The notes below the pieces were generated by a model. It was not told the origin of the DNA. It did not search any database and saw only the letters and a list, made by a program, of their open reading frames with translations. DNA of 64,000 nt, taken from NCBI GenBank assembly GCA_965113315.1, contig OZ220364.1; one strand, given 5' to 3'. Shown here one piece after another: positions 13,968-26,746 of the stretch. Every line of letters begins with the position of its first letter. Positions within the stretch are counted from its first letter, which is position 1. This stretch comes from Podarcis vaucheri. Its lineage: Eukaryota. The translations under genes and the position numbers were made by a program.

Positions 13968-14841
13968 GTGCTGCCCAATGATTTTTAAAAAAACAAAATG
14001 CAAACCCCCAAACCAGAAGAACCTTTTTAATCTGCCCGGCAGAAAATGCAGATACAGTGGTGAATCCATCGTTGTGTTTGCCCAGTCCCTTGTTAGGATT
14101 ACTTTGCTGAACTGCAATCAGATATGCATAAGCACTGCACTTGTGAGTATAGCAAAAGGAAGAGCAAGGAAAAAAAACCTATATAAATTGTAAGTCTTTA
14201 TAAACTATAATAAGACAAATACAAACAATTGAATGTGCGCACATACACAAACCAGAGACCCAACTCCAAACCTGGATAGTTTAAACATGAAATCTAAAAG
14301 GTGTTAGAGACAAGCAATAAATCACATTGGACAAAAGGAAAAGAAAGTGAAACAAAACCAGGGTCTCTAAGTCAGGCCCTCAGTATAGCACAACACAGAA
14401 GCATGTTGTGGCTTGACCTGTGAAGTCCACACTCAAAATCCAGATCTCATAGGTTCATTTGGCCATGGAACTCACTTGGGCAAAATGGCCAGCTCACAGC
14501 ACCTCTGAAATGAGAATATTAAATGATCTACTACCACTGTTACTAGTGAGGAAAACCTCTGTGCACATATGCAGTCTGATCCTCTCACCTGCTGCCTTTA
14601 GCAGTTACAGAACAAGCATGCCCCACAGCAGCTAAAAGAGCATCTTCCTTCTAAAAAATGACCCATCTCCCACTTCAATGCAATACCTCAGCACGGGAAC
14701 AGTGCTTCCATGGAGAACCTCTGGAAGTGGCTGGAAACATCACCACTTCTCCATCCCCCGAAACAGCTTCCCACTTTGAGAAAGACCACAGCAGGGAGAT
14801 GTGACAATGGACACCTGTGGGGCATGAGTCTATGTCATGCT

Positions 14842-14976
14842 GCAGGGTGGGGAACCTGTGGCTTTTCATATGTTATTAGACTTTTTCTGATGTTATTCAT
14901 CATTGACCATACAAACTGGGGCTGATGAGAATTGGAGTCCAACAATGTCTGGAGGGCCAAAGTTTCTCTATCTGTG
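14842..14976. mobile_element. Short hAT-like MITE (GGGAACCTGTGGC…GGAGGGCCAAAGTTTC)
   Basis: Degenerate inverted ends. Shares the internal GGGCTGATG…GTCCAA motif with 32397-32508. Confidence 0.6.
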
Positions 14977-15679
14977 TTCTAGACCATTGGTGGAAAATCT
15001 GCTTGAGTTCTTTATCATTTTGAAATGATGAACAAAATTATTATATGCAGTAGCAGCAAGGACATCTATATAATCAGAACAAATTGAAAATGGCCAATCC
15101 TGGTTGTGAAAATTCCACTTTTAGTCTGACACCCAACTTCAAGCCTTTCCTCCTGCCATCACACAAATCCTTGGCCCCATCCTTTTTTTAAATGCAAGCA
15201 CCGTCCACCTCCATCCCACTTTTATTTTCTACAGGATAACAGGACAAATTCTGCTCACTTTAGATCCAGTTTAGGAAGGCTACTGTTGGATAAAAGTCAA
15301 GGGCAAATGTGTCAGAGAATTTTTTTGCGCCCATATCTCGTAAGAGGATGTCTCACCTATATCTCTAACCCCTTCATTACACATTGGACTAAATGCAAAA
15401 ATACTGCCATCGGGTTATCTGTGTTTCTGACTTACTGGAAAGCTGTATCATCTAGATTTCCCATCTGGACCAAAATGATCTCATCATTTAGTGACAAATG
15501 CTAGGCTGTGACGATCATTTTACCAACATACACATGATATCCCACAGCAGGCTCTGAAGTTAAAAGTGACTAGACAATGGTTTTAAAGGGATTCTAAAAA
15601 GTCTACTGCAGTCCCATCTGTCCTGCTGGAGGGCTTCCTGTCGACCAAGCAAGACCAAAGTAGGATGCTTGAAGCTGAG

Positions 15680-15752
15680 ATTCCTGCATAGCAAGGGATT
15701 GAGCTAGATGACTCGGGGGTCCCTTCCACCTCTACAATTCCATGGCTCTATG
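15680..15752 (+). mobile_element. CR1-type 3' tail
   Basis: ATTCCTGCAT…CTAGATGAC…GTCCCTTCCACCTCTACAATTCCATGGCTCTATG. Confidence 0.75.
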
Positions 15753-16953
15753 GTTATAAGGCTCAGCCTTGCTGCAACCAAATTCATGGTGAGTGCCAAT
15801 ATGTGGGGTTGTGTTCAATGTAGCACTAGGTAGATCGTTCCATCAGTGCAAGCATTCCCACTCGCCTGACAGAACAAGCCCCCCTTTCCTCTGCCCCCCA
15901 TACATTGTTCTGGGGGGTTTTCTGACCAGATTTGGGCTGAGTACAAGGGGAGCAGGGTGAAAAGTGCCACTGCACTAGTGGGAGTCCTCCCCATGCCTCC
16001 TCTACACCCTCTTGGTAAATAGAATACACTGCTGGTCTCTTCCCACCCTTATTCCCTAGAGTACCCTTGTCTTCACTTACCCCTTCTTTGGTGGGGGAAG
16101 CACAATTTTGTGGTTCTCCTCAGGTGCCAAAACATCATGGGGCAGCCCTGTCCATGGTGGTTCTCTACATTGTTTCAATACACTCCTGTGTAGGTTTTTT
16201 CTTTTAACAACATAAAGAAAATCCTGTGACAGTAGCTAACCTTTAGCTACCCAACCTTTAGCTTAATCAAGGAGCCCCTATGCCTCTTGCTGTTTATGGG
16301 CATCTAAATAGCCTAAGATGCATAGTGTTTCCTGTACTCTTAATGCTGGTGCATTAGAACTGATATCTGTAATTTAGCAGTCACTCATATTGATAATACT
16401 TGCCTCATTGGTGCTATAATTGCCCAGTACTCCTTTGGCCACTCCTGGCTAGGAAGGGAAACAAAGAGAGTGATGTGTAACCTTCCAGAATATTGGCTTC
16501 TCATCACAGCTTTGATCCCATCACCCACATCACTGAAGTACACCAGGAGAGGAGAGATGGCAGTGAGGTGAATTCAGCATGGGAGTAATTGTCAACGGTG
16601 ACAACACCAGGAGAAGGGTGAAGGGACTGGGAAGAAATGGTCTGCAGAATCTAGTGGGACCAACAGTATGAGTTTTATCTGAATCTGAACAAATGTCACT
16701 GGAGACATAACACTGTTTATGAGAGCACATTTTTTAAAAGATGGGGTGGGGTGAAGATCTGAACCATTTTCAAGTGACAACTCACTCTTTAAAAAGGTAA
16801 TAAAAATGGGATGCTATACTTTTGCTAACCCCTTGCCTGTGACCAGACCCATATGCAAATTACATACAATAGTATTTAGTAGCGTAATTAATCCCTACTT
16901 TATGTTATGAGTAATATTTCCTATTCCCGACCCTGCAATGTCCTTTAAGAAGA

Positions 16954-17085
16954 NNNNNNNNNNNNNNNNNNNNNNNNNNNNNNNNNNNNNNNNNNNNNNN
17001 NNNNNNNNNNNNNNNNNNNNNNNNNNNNNNNNNNNNNNNNNNNNNNNNNNNNNNNNNNNNNNNNNNNNNNNNNNNNNNNNNNNNN
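16954..17085. other. Assembly gap (132 N)
   Basis: Run of N. Confidence 0.99.
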
Positions 17086-18293
17086 CTCTGAGCAAGAAAG
17101 GTAGGCAGAATTGGCCAGACCCTCTACCCCTCCCCACCCTCCCCAGGCTCTCGTAAAAGACTTGTTGGCAACAAGGCACCCACCCAGACTTAAAAGCTCA
17201 GAGAAAAGAAACCAACAAAGAGCATCATTTGCAATCTTTCTTTTAGCCAAGCTGCAGAAACATTCCTTCTGCCCAAGCTTTGGCGAGACCTTTCAGCAAC
17301 AAGGGAGAGGGGGACCCCCACATTTTCCTCGTCAATTTAGCAGCCCCAGTCTTTTGAGCATAAACTAAAAGTGGGAAGCGTTAGATGAGCAATTAATATA
17401 ATTGCAAGAAAGAGAACCTTTCCAGGCATGTGTGCTTACCTATTGCCATTTTAAAAGTAGCCAAATGATACTGCTGCCTTTTAAAGAAAAGAAAAGAAAA
17501 GAATCCACTGTTATGGCCTTAATTACACACCATCAATGCATATGTTGCCCTGAAGTAGTGTTTCATGTAGCAAATGTAACAGGAAGGACTTTTCTCCTTC
17601 TCCGCCATGACCATTAGTCTGGGTATACCAGCCAAGCAAAAGCCTCTTGGGTCAGCTGCCACCACAATCCCTTAGACTCCCTCTAACACCACACAGAAGT
17701 GAAGCTAGAGGGTGGAAGACCAAGGCTCAAGAGGGAGGAAGAGGGAGGATCCAGTTTCCACCAGTCTCACACTGCAAGGAGTTCAATGTAGCTCCCTTTT
17801 CTTGGCCAAATCCCACTGATGCACTCACACAGCATGAATCCAAATGACCCAGGAACTCAGGGAGAAATATCCCTTTGAAACAAGCACTCAAAGGGATATA
17901 CCTTGAGAAGGCAATGCAGTATATGAAAACAGAACAGAATGTCTCAATTTCATGGATACACAAGGGCTGTTGCCTGACCAGTGTTGAGGTGTCCTCAGCT
18001 GTGTACGTGTGTGCTTTAACAGAAAGCCGTATCACATTTTTGGACTTGGCATTTTAAGCAATGCTCAGGCTCTAGCAATTTCTAGTTTGGAAATATTGCA
18101 TTTCCAACTAGTAACTGCTAGGTTCTTCCCACCTGTTGAGAGGCAGCAGCCCTATATACAAATTAAGTTTTTGATAAAATCTTGTTTTAAAATCAGTTTG
18201 AAGGTACCCCTTCCAATTCACATGGCAGACGTGGTTTTTGCAGATACACCAGTGCTGCACTGAAATTTCCCAAAGCAAAATGTGTAAAGTGTA

Positions 18294-18436
18294 GTGGAGC
18301 AATGGGTCAGTGTGTCTGGCTATTAACCAGAAGGCTGGTGGCTTGAGTCTGCCCAAGGATGACTGTAGGAAGGATTCCTGCATTGCAGGGCATTGGACTC
18401 GATGACCCTCAGGGTACCTTCCATGCTCTAGGATGG
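18294..18436 (+). mobile_element. tRNA-Asn-derived SINE with CR1-type 3' tail
   Basis: 18294-18361 aligns without gaps to vertebrate tRNA-Asn(GTT) as recalled (about 50/68 identical, mostly transitions). Followed by ATTCCTGCATTGCAGGG...GGACTCGATGACCCTCAGGGTACCTTCCA, the CR1-type tail also seen at 11299 and 15680. Confidence 0.75.
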
Positions 18437-18561
18437 CATGCATACACCTTTAACCCTCTGTATTCACTTGCTTGAGAATTATAATTGGCCCAGGGCTTTC
18501 TGATATGTGGGTGAAATGCAGTGCTCTGCTGTTTAAACATGCAGACAGAGATATCCTATAT

Positions 18562-18806
18562 CATGGAAAACAAAGGCCCAGGGGCCAGATCCGGCCCAAT
18601 TGCCTTCTAAATCTGGCCTATGGATGGTCCAGGAATCAACGTGTTTTTACATAAGTAGAAGGTGTCCTTTTATTTAAAATCATCTCTGGGTTATTTGTGG
18701 GGCATAGGAATTTGATTATTCCCCCCCAAAAAAATATAGTCTGGCCCCCCACAATGTCTGAGGGACAGTGGACCGGCCCCCTGCTGAAAAAGTTTGCTGA
18801 CCCCTG
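18562..18806 (-). mobile_element. hAT (Charlie-like) MITE
   Basis: Ends CATGG… / …GTTTGCTGACCCCTG. Perfect 8-bp TSD TCCTATAT at 18554-18561 and 18807-18814. Confidence 0.9.
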
Positions 18807-20889
18807 TCCTATATCTTAACAGGCAACTCATTCCCTGACTTATCTTCTCTCCACAGATCTTTATGTAGCCAAAATGGTACTGTCTAAAGACAATAGGTCA
18901 GCAACAAGATTGCGGGAAGTTTGCAAAAGTGCAAAAAAAATCTTTAGGAACAAAATCCCCACCCCAAACCTAATGAGAACTGAGCATCCTCACTGGGCAT
19001 GTAAGTACAGCTTTGCAAGGGGCTGCATTAGTATACTGGATCCACCAAGACCAGGAGAAGGATTATCTTTTGTAGTTGTTTACGTTTATATAGAAGAGGG
19101 TGGATGACAGATTTAAAATACATGCAATAACCAGAAAGGTCTTCTTTATCCCACAAGCCCTGACTCATGTCAATGGACCTGATGAAGTCATGGCCCAAAT
19201 GCTGGCAATTACTTCATTTGTGTCTGACTGGAGAGCATTCAGCAAAGGTTGCAAGGTTAACTCACTTAAATTTCAGATGATACAATGGCAGGAGGCAACA
19301 GTAATTTCTGCTTGTTCAGAATCAGACAACTTGCTATGGCTTTGTCCCAAAAATATTTTCGGCCATAAAAGTCTTTTTACCTTGGTTTCTTTTGTTTCCA
19401 ACCCTCCCTTCTAAGGTTAATAGCTTGAATTTGAAGTTCAAGGCTTTTAAAAACCATCACTCACTATTATTTAAAAAGAAGCTCTGCTTCTTTTTCACTT
19501 CCACAGGATAACTGGCTGGTCTGGAGAATGCATAAATTGGTCCCTTGTCTGTTATGGAATGATTCAACTCCCACTGAAATTAACAAGACTCTCTCTTTTA
19601 TGATTATTCACAACAGCAATAGCACGTAATAAAGGGCTGGAGATTTTCTGCCAACTTCAATGAGTTTGGGATCAAGCCCTTACTTCATATAACACATTCA
19701 AGGTGCACTCTCTTAAATCAGTTTTGATATTATCCGTGGCAGGGACACATTAAATGAACTCTTCACAAAATGAAGCCAGTCATGAAATAAAAAGCATTCG
19801 GCTTGTAAACACTCTAGATTATTCAACAAAAAAAATGCATGTATGACCGTAATATCGATTTCTTATATCTCCTGTCTGGTAATCCCACAATTTTCACATG
19901 CAGTAAAACCTTTCTTATCTGGACATCTTTAATCCTTTTTCTTTCTGGACATGCTTCAGTCACTCTTAAAGCCCAGCAGTATTATTACTCCAGAGGCAAT
20001 GCATGTCTGAGGTGAACTGGAGCTCAAACACAATGTAAACAAGATTGCACCATTATCCTTTGCACTGATTAATCTAGAATAACTCCCACCCCTTATTCTA
20101 TTGCATATACTATATTTAACACTGTATTATCACACCTTCAATCATATTAATCACATAACAGTGCCAGAAAATTACAAGCAGGGCTGCTAATTTTATTGCT
20201 TGCCTTGCTCCTGTGCCTTTCTCAGCAGCCCGATATAAAGAAATTTAACAGGGGAAGGTTTTCCCTTCACTTAAATCGCCAAGCTAGGAAAAGCTTCACC
20301 AGCTAAGCATTTTGCATATCGAGGCGTTATTGAAGCACAAAAGCAGAACTAGTAATAAAACTGGTCATCTTAAGGCTGTGTTCATACTCTCCTTTACTGT
20401 GCATTCAGTGTGCATTTGCAGTGCTGGGTTTTAATGACATTATCCAAAATGCATAGGGATCGCGTACTTTGTCATTAAATACTGTGTGGTGTGTTCACAC
20501 CAGCTTCACACCAAATGGAGTTCTTAAGCCTTTCCTAAATCATCTGTAGCCAGGATGTGAGTGCTTTTTGCATGAGGTAAAGACATCTCAGTCACACAAC
20601 CCCCCACCCCCATGGGGGGTGAGTACTCTAAAGCGGTAATGAGAATAGACCCCTGGTTGCAAGTAGTTCAAACCACAATAAGAGAGAAAGAGAGAGATTG
20701 AGATTACTTTAGATGGGCATATTATGATTGCCAACTCCTCTCTACCTTTAATTGAAGCCTCATCTGCAAGATTTTCAGTGGATAATGTTTATCTCTACAC
20801 TTTGCTTACAGATTTTTGCATATCACATTGCTGATAAAGGAATAAGAGAAAGCCAGGGATTTTTCCTTGGTCAGCTGGCCATCCTAGAG

Positions 20890-21203
20890 GGGTCAGCAAA
20901 CTTTTTCAGCAGGGGGCTGGTCCACTGTTCCTCAGACATTGTGGGGGTCCATACTATTTTTTTTTTTTGGGGGGGGGAAATGAACGAATTCCTATGCCCC
21001 ACAAATAACCCAGAGATGCAATTAATATAAAAGCACACATTCTACACCAGGCAGGCCCCATAAATAATCCAGAGATGCATTTTAAATAAAAAGGGCACAT
21101 TCTACTCATGTAAAAACATGCTGATTCCCGGACTGTCCGTGGACTGGATTTAGAAGGCGATTGAGCCAGATCCTGCCCCCGGGCCTTAGTTTGCCTACCC
21201 ATG
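20890..21203 (+). mobile_element. hAT (Charlie-like) MITE, same family as 18562-18806, opposite orientation, with an internal duplication
   Basis: GGGTCAGCAAACTTTTTCAGCAGGGGGC…GTTTGCCTACCCATG. TSD TCCTAGAG/TCATACAG (6/8). The CCCCA(C/T)AAATAA(C/T)CCAGAGATGCA…CACATTCTAC block occurs twice. Confidence 0.85.
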
Positions 21204-21524
21204 TCATACAGTATATTGGTTACAAATTTCAAAACACTTTCCTCTTTTTTTTAATTCAGTCATTTCACAACAGTGTTAGGGAAATACACATGTAAACTAC
21301 TATGTAATTGCGCAAAAATAATTGTAAAATTAGTTCTAGAAGTATAACCCGATGCAATTCATTTAATGTTCTGACCATGATCCCAGCTCCAGAAGAGTTA
21401 ATCAACCATAGCAACCTTCTAATCAGAGTAGTGAACTAATGATCCTATTTCTAAGTAATACCAGCCCAATAAGACTCTCAAAAGGTAGTTAACATCACTT
21501 TGGTGGAAAGGCATGACAAGTGCA

Positions 21525-21712
21525 NNNNNNNNNNNNNNNNNNNNNNNNNNNNNNNNNNNNNNNNNNNNNNNNNNNNNNNNNNNNNNNNNNNNNNNNNNNN
21601 NNNNNNNNNNNNNNNNNNNNNNNNNNNNNNNNNNNNNNNNNNNNNNNNNNNNNNNNNNNNNNNNNNNNNNNNNNNNNNNNNNNNNNNNNNNNNNNNNNNN
21701 NNNNNNNNNNNN
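21525..21712. other. Assembly gap (188 N)
   Basis: Run of N. Confidence 0.99.
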
Positions 21713-21731
21713 TGGAATGTCTTTGGCTTTT
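21713..21731 (-). CDS. Candidate exon start running into an assembly gap
   Basis: About 150 nt of pyrimidine-rich sequence on the minus strand (21745-21900), then …ttgctatgtgacag|AAAAGCCAAAGACATTCCA-NNN. Any donor is hidden in the gap. Confidence 0.35.
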
Positions 21732-22274
21732 CTGTCACATAGCAATAGACAAGACAAAGTGTAGCATGAGATGAAGGAGGGGGGAAAGAGAGAATTAACC
21801 ACACGATGATGAAAAATGAGATGAGAAAGAAAAGGATAAGGGGAGAGAGGCAAATAAAAAGGAAGGTTTAAAGAAAGGATGACACGAACAAAAGAAGAGC
21901 ATACCCTTGAAAATATAAACATCGCTCCGGCATTCACCTTGCAAAATGAAAGCTATGCAAATCAGGCAACAATGAGCAAATGCCTTCTTGGAAGAAAGAC
22001 TCTCTTTTTCAAATAAAAAAAAAAGGTGCTGTCAATGTTATTACAGAAAATAAGAAGTGCTCACAATGACAACATGGAAGTGCAGAAAAGATAACAGGTA
22101 ATATTTTCAGCAGCACTGTTTCCGCCACAAATTTTACCCTTGTGGTCACAGCTTAAAGAGGCCAGCGGAGACAGAATGTTTTTCTCCCAAGCGCCCATTT
22201 TATGGATGTGTCCCACTCCAAGAAAACTTTGGATGTTCAGTGTAGAGAGAAAGGTTTCACCACATTCTACTCAC

Positions 22275-22286
22275 TTGACAGGAAGG
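22275..22286 (-). CDS. Candidate 12-nt microexon (CCTTCCTGTCAA) of an unidentified minus-strand gene
   Basis: Minus strand …ccattcaTGCtttcctacag|CCTTCCTGTCAA|gtgagt: canonical splice sites, length a multiple of 3, open in all frames, UGC motif just upstream of the acceptor. Confidence 0.5.
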
Positions 22287-25266
22287 CTGTAGGAAAGCAT
22301 GAATGGTGAATGTTCTCTGAGGGAAACAGCTACGAGAAATGAAAGCGGAACTCATAATTCTGGTTGTTGTGTAGGGAGAGAAGGCATCAGCATGGTTTGC
22401 TTCAGGACAGCGGTTTGCTTTATAAACATCTGCACTTTATACAGATTTAGACACAAAAAGGTGGGTTCTTGTATCTAGGTGATTCCTTCAACAAGGGTAA
22501 GAGCCAGAAAAGGAGTTCAGAACATTTTTCATGACAATTTCAACCATAAGTTTCCAAACTAAGAACTTCAGGTCCAGAGAGAAAGATGGAGGTCATGTGT
22601 TTATGTCAAAACAAAACTTTATGAGTGTCGTGTTAAACCTATCAGTAGTTCTGCTTCCAAGTTGATACTTCATACCACAAACTAAGTGACAGAAGTGGTC
22701 TTTCAAAAATATTCCACAAGACTCCAGAAGCTGGTTTTAAAAATCATCTTAAAAAAGAAGAAATACCCAGTGACTGTTCCATTTCTTAAGCAAGTAAATC
22801 TAAGATTAATCAATATGACAAAGGCACTTCAAAACAGCCTGCACACAAACTCTTGGAATGTCTTGCTATGAGTGGTGGGTCCAGACTATTCACAGGTCTC
22901 GTTGAAATGTCACCACAAATGGTGAGGAGTTGTCATTTTAATAAGAGGAAACTTAAAACTAGTTTTCTGCCAAGAAAGAGGGATACAGCAAGCCTCAGGT
23001 ATTAGAGGGCTAGATGAACATTGTGTGCATAGATGAAAATCAACAATGTGATTTTTGGCTATGCATGTCAAACCCTGCATTAATAGAAGGCTTCTGAATG
23101 TTCCATTCACATATGTTATGCACACAAGGTCTGCCAGAGACTGGGCTGGTGGGTAAGGGGAGCTGCATGTACTCCTGCCCGCTATGTGTTTTTCTTGATG
23201 AGGGTAAACATATAATCCAATCTGGCCAACTGTGTATGATGGAGGAGGTAAGCAGCATTTCCACTCCTGCATTGTATTTTCTCATACACTCTTTAATTGC
23301 TCACCATTATTCCAAGAGACCGCCAGTCATTACATCTTCTTCATATCATGATGTGCAGATAAAATACCAGTGTACTGAAAGTGGAAGAAATAGGAGGTGG
23401 ATTGCAGATGAGGGGGATCACAATGGGAAGTGTATCTTTCCAAAGTTCCTAAATATCAGGGTAAACATCATTTTTTCACAAAGCCACTTCAAAATTTCCA
23501 ATGGAAAAATTTCCATTTCCAATAGAACCTGGGTTCTAATTCCTCCAAGACTGTAGCCAAGAGATCAAGAGTGTAAACACCAAGAGCTCCCCTCACCAAA
23601 TCTACCAAGCAACATAGTTATACTACAATTTTAATGAATGTAGCAAAGGCAAGTCTTTTGTAATTTTCCTCCCTTTCCTCAGCAAGATAAACCTTATGAA
23701 AGCAATTAATGGGGTCAGAAGAAATCTGATTTTTAATACCTCCAATCCACAAGGCTTACCAAACTTAGTCCAGCTCCACTAATGAATCTTATAAAACGTT
23801 TTATCTTCTCCTCCCATGGTCACAAACCACTCACATGAGGCTTGAAAATCATAATAATATCTTCCCAAAGTGCAGATATCACTCAAGCCCATATGCAGTA
23901 TTGCTCTGTTTATTCTCCCCCATAAACCACTGGTTTCATCAAAACTCATTAGCATCACCTGTGTTAATTACACTAGCAAACCAATCAACAGCTCCTTCTT
24001 AATTAGGTTTTCTTTATTAAAGCCGGAAATTGCCAAGTCAACTGGGGATATTATATGAAAACTAGTGTTTATGCCAAATTGCCACATGCAGAAAAAAATG
24101 ATAATAATAAAAGGAAACTGGGTTTGTTGACAGGAATAGGAAACAATAATAATTTTCAAGGTCACTGGCACATTTATTAATTATCCCCCAACTACATTTT
24201 GTTGCAGCAGTCAAGGCTTTAAACACGGCACTCATTTTATAGGAAGTTTTGTTCACAGTGGCTATCAGCTGCCATAATAACTGAATATAAGGGGTGTGGG
24301 CCTTCTTGAATTTGAGGAAGTTGGCACTAATTTCATGTGAAACCACCTAGCGTGATGTAGATGATCAAAACATTTATGGGGAAGTGAAAAGTTACAGGAA
24401 CATTCTCTCCTGAGAAAACAAGGGACATAGGAAAATATCAGACTGCCTCATCCTCCATGGATAATATCGGGGACAAAGCTATTCAGTCTCTAACTCCACA
24501 CTCACAACACTACAATAATGAAAGGAACACACCATTCCTTAAGGAGAATGGCCATTGCCCCAACTTTTTGCCAAGCAGTGTATTAACAAAAGTCCTTTTA
24601 AAAATGTATAATGGAAGTTCAGCTACCAGCGTGCAAACTATGCAAAAGACAGCACATTGACTGTGTATGGGTACCCACTTGAAGTTTGCTAAATGTATTG
24701 TTTTTCTTGCCTACCAGGGAATACAAAAAAGTTGGGGTTGTCAAACAGCCGAAAGGCCACAAGACAAGGCTTCAAGTTGTGCTTGGCTTTGTGGTCACTC
24801 TTTGGCCAAGCCTGGGAAGCAGGAATGTGAGGGCAGATTCAATTACTGCAATAATTCAAAACAGAAAACTAACATTTTGAGCATGAACTGTAAAGTGGGG
24901 AAACTACAAAAGAAGATCTGATGACATGAACAAGGATTTGGCCATGTCATAACTTACTTTTTCTAATACTTCCTTTCTGTCAACCCTTCTTAACAATCTC
25001 ATCATACTTTTGATGTTTATAAGTTGTAGAACATTGAGAGAAATGTTGGGCTTTCTTTTGTTACCTCATCTTGTGCCATAATTGGTATCATGCCTATGTT
25101 TGCATGTAACATTAAACCATGGTTTAGTGCCACATGGCTGAGCTTGAATAAACCTAAGCATGATCTTCTCTCCACACATTCCTTCCACACAGCTGAGAAG
25201 CAGGAGTTGGGTAAAGTTTTATTTCATTTTAAAGAGTCCCAACTTAGTGTTATGGTCTTTATGTTC

Positions 25267-25302
<36 letters not shown>
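25267..25302. repeat. (AAT)12 microsatellite
   Basis: Direct reading. Confidence 0.95.
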
Positions 25303-25303
<1 letters not shown>

Positions 25304-26539
25304 GCAACACTAAACAATGGAAGTGGTAATTGGCAACAGTGGTTGTAAACCTGTGTCTAGTAATGCCACATGTAAGCCATAAAAGCATCAGCTTGGCTAT
25401 CAGGTGAGTCACCGGCACAAGACAGCCCCCTTCAGTATTGGCCATTCCCCCATTATATTTGTTGTGAAAATGTTACCATTGGAAATAAATCATTGTGTTG
25501 AGGAGCAGCATTTTTCAGCTACCAATTGATGGTCTCTTAAATTGGATTCAAATTAAAATGTGGCAGTGCCCTCACTCTCCCGCTGAGCTGCCTGCCAACC
25601 AAGAAAGCTAGAAATCATCTAGCTAGCTCTGCTGTATTTAAAGTAATTTTACACTCGAGCATACCAAAGCATGTTCGGCTCTTTCTTCTAAGCGTTACCT
25701 GTTGTAGATAGGTTACGTCTGGCTAATTCAGGCTTCATGGATCACTAGCAGGATTTGATTATAACAATAGCATAAGCACCTAGCGCACAAAAAGGATAAT
25801 GTAATTAGGCTAAGCCCCCGCACCAAATCTACCTTTTTTTCTAAAATGTTTGCTGTTAGTGTCTCCTTTTGCTAGGAGGAACAAAATTAACTGCTTAGTG
25901 CCTATTAACAAGGATAGCCTTTATTTTTAAGCCTAGATTTTTCCATGTAGTGCTGTTTCCGATCTCCCAAAACAAGTTTGGTACATTCTGACTATGATTA
26001 CATGTAGCAGAGTATTTCTGAAGCATTGCCAAAATTAACACATTATTTTACTTTCTGAAGCTGAGTTTGCATGGTGTCTGTGATTTGTATTCATGCACAC
26101 ACTTTTTAACAGCTTTCATTTGTAACTACAAGAATAGTAAGCTGTCTCAATTGTGTTTGCTTTAACAACCATAATCATGTGAAACCAAGCTGGATCAATT
26201 TGGCTGGCGGGGGGGGGGGACTATGACAACACCTTCAAGTCTTCTTCAGCTCAGTATAGACTATTCAAGTGTGTAGAACTGTATGCATGGATGGGAGGCT
26301 GGGAGCCTCCATAACGGCCCTGCTCTTGGCCGTTAACCATTTACCGTAAAGACCTATCTGTGAAGAGGCCTAAGTACATACACCATGTATGGAGGATATA
26401 GATTGTGCTTTTAGAACCCCTATGTGTTGGGAAGCATATGTTGGACCCATGTAGGCAGGGTCATTCATGTAGAGGTCAGGGTGGGTCTGGCAGGCAAGAT
26501 CCGCACCACTCTTCCTCCATGTATTTTTTTCTACAACTA

Positions 26540-26746
26540 CAATCGTACCTTGGAAGTCAAATGGAATCCGTTCCGGAAGTCTGTTCAAATTCCAAAAGGT
26601 TCAAAAACCAAATTGCAGCTTCTGATTTGTCAGGCGTTGGGTTTCCAAAAGAACGTTCGCAAACTGGAACAATCACTTCTGGGTTTGCGGCATTCGGGAG
26701 CCAAAACGTCCGAGTTCCAGGGCGTTCGGGATCCAAGGTACAACTG
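26540..26746. mobile_element. Tigger/pogo-like MITE, 207 bp
   Basis: TIRs CAATCGTACCTTGGA / TCCAAGGTACAACTG, flanked by TA and CA (degenerate TSD). Confidence 0.8.
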
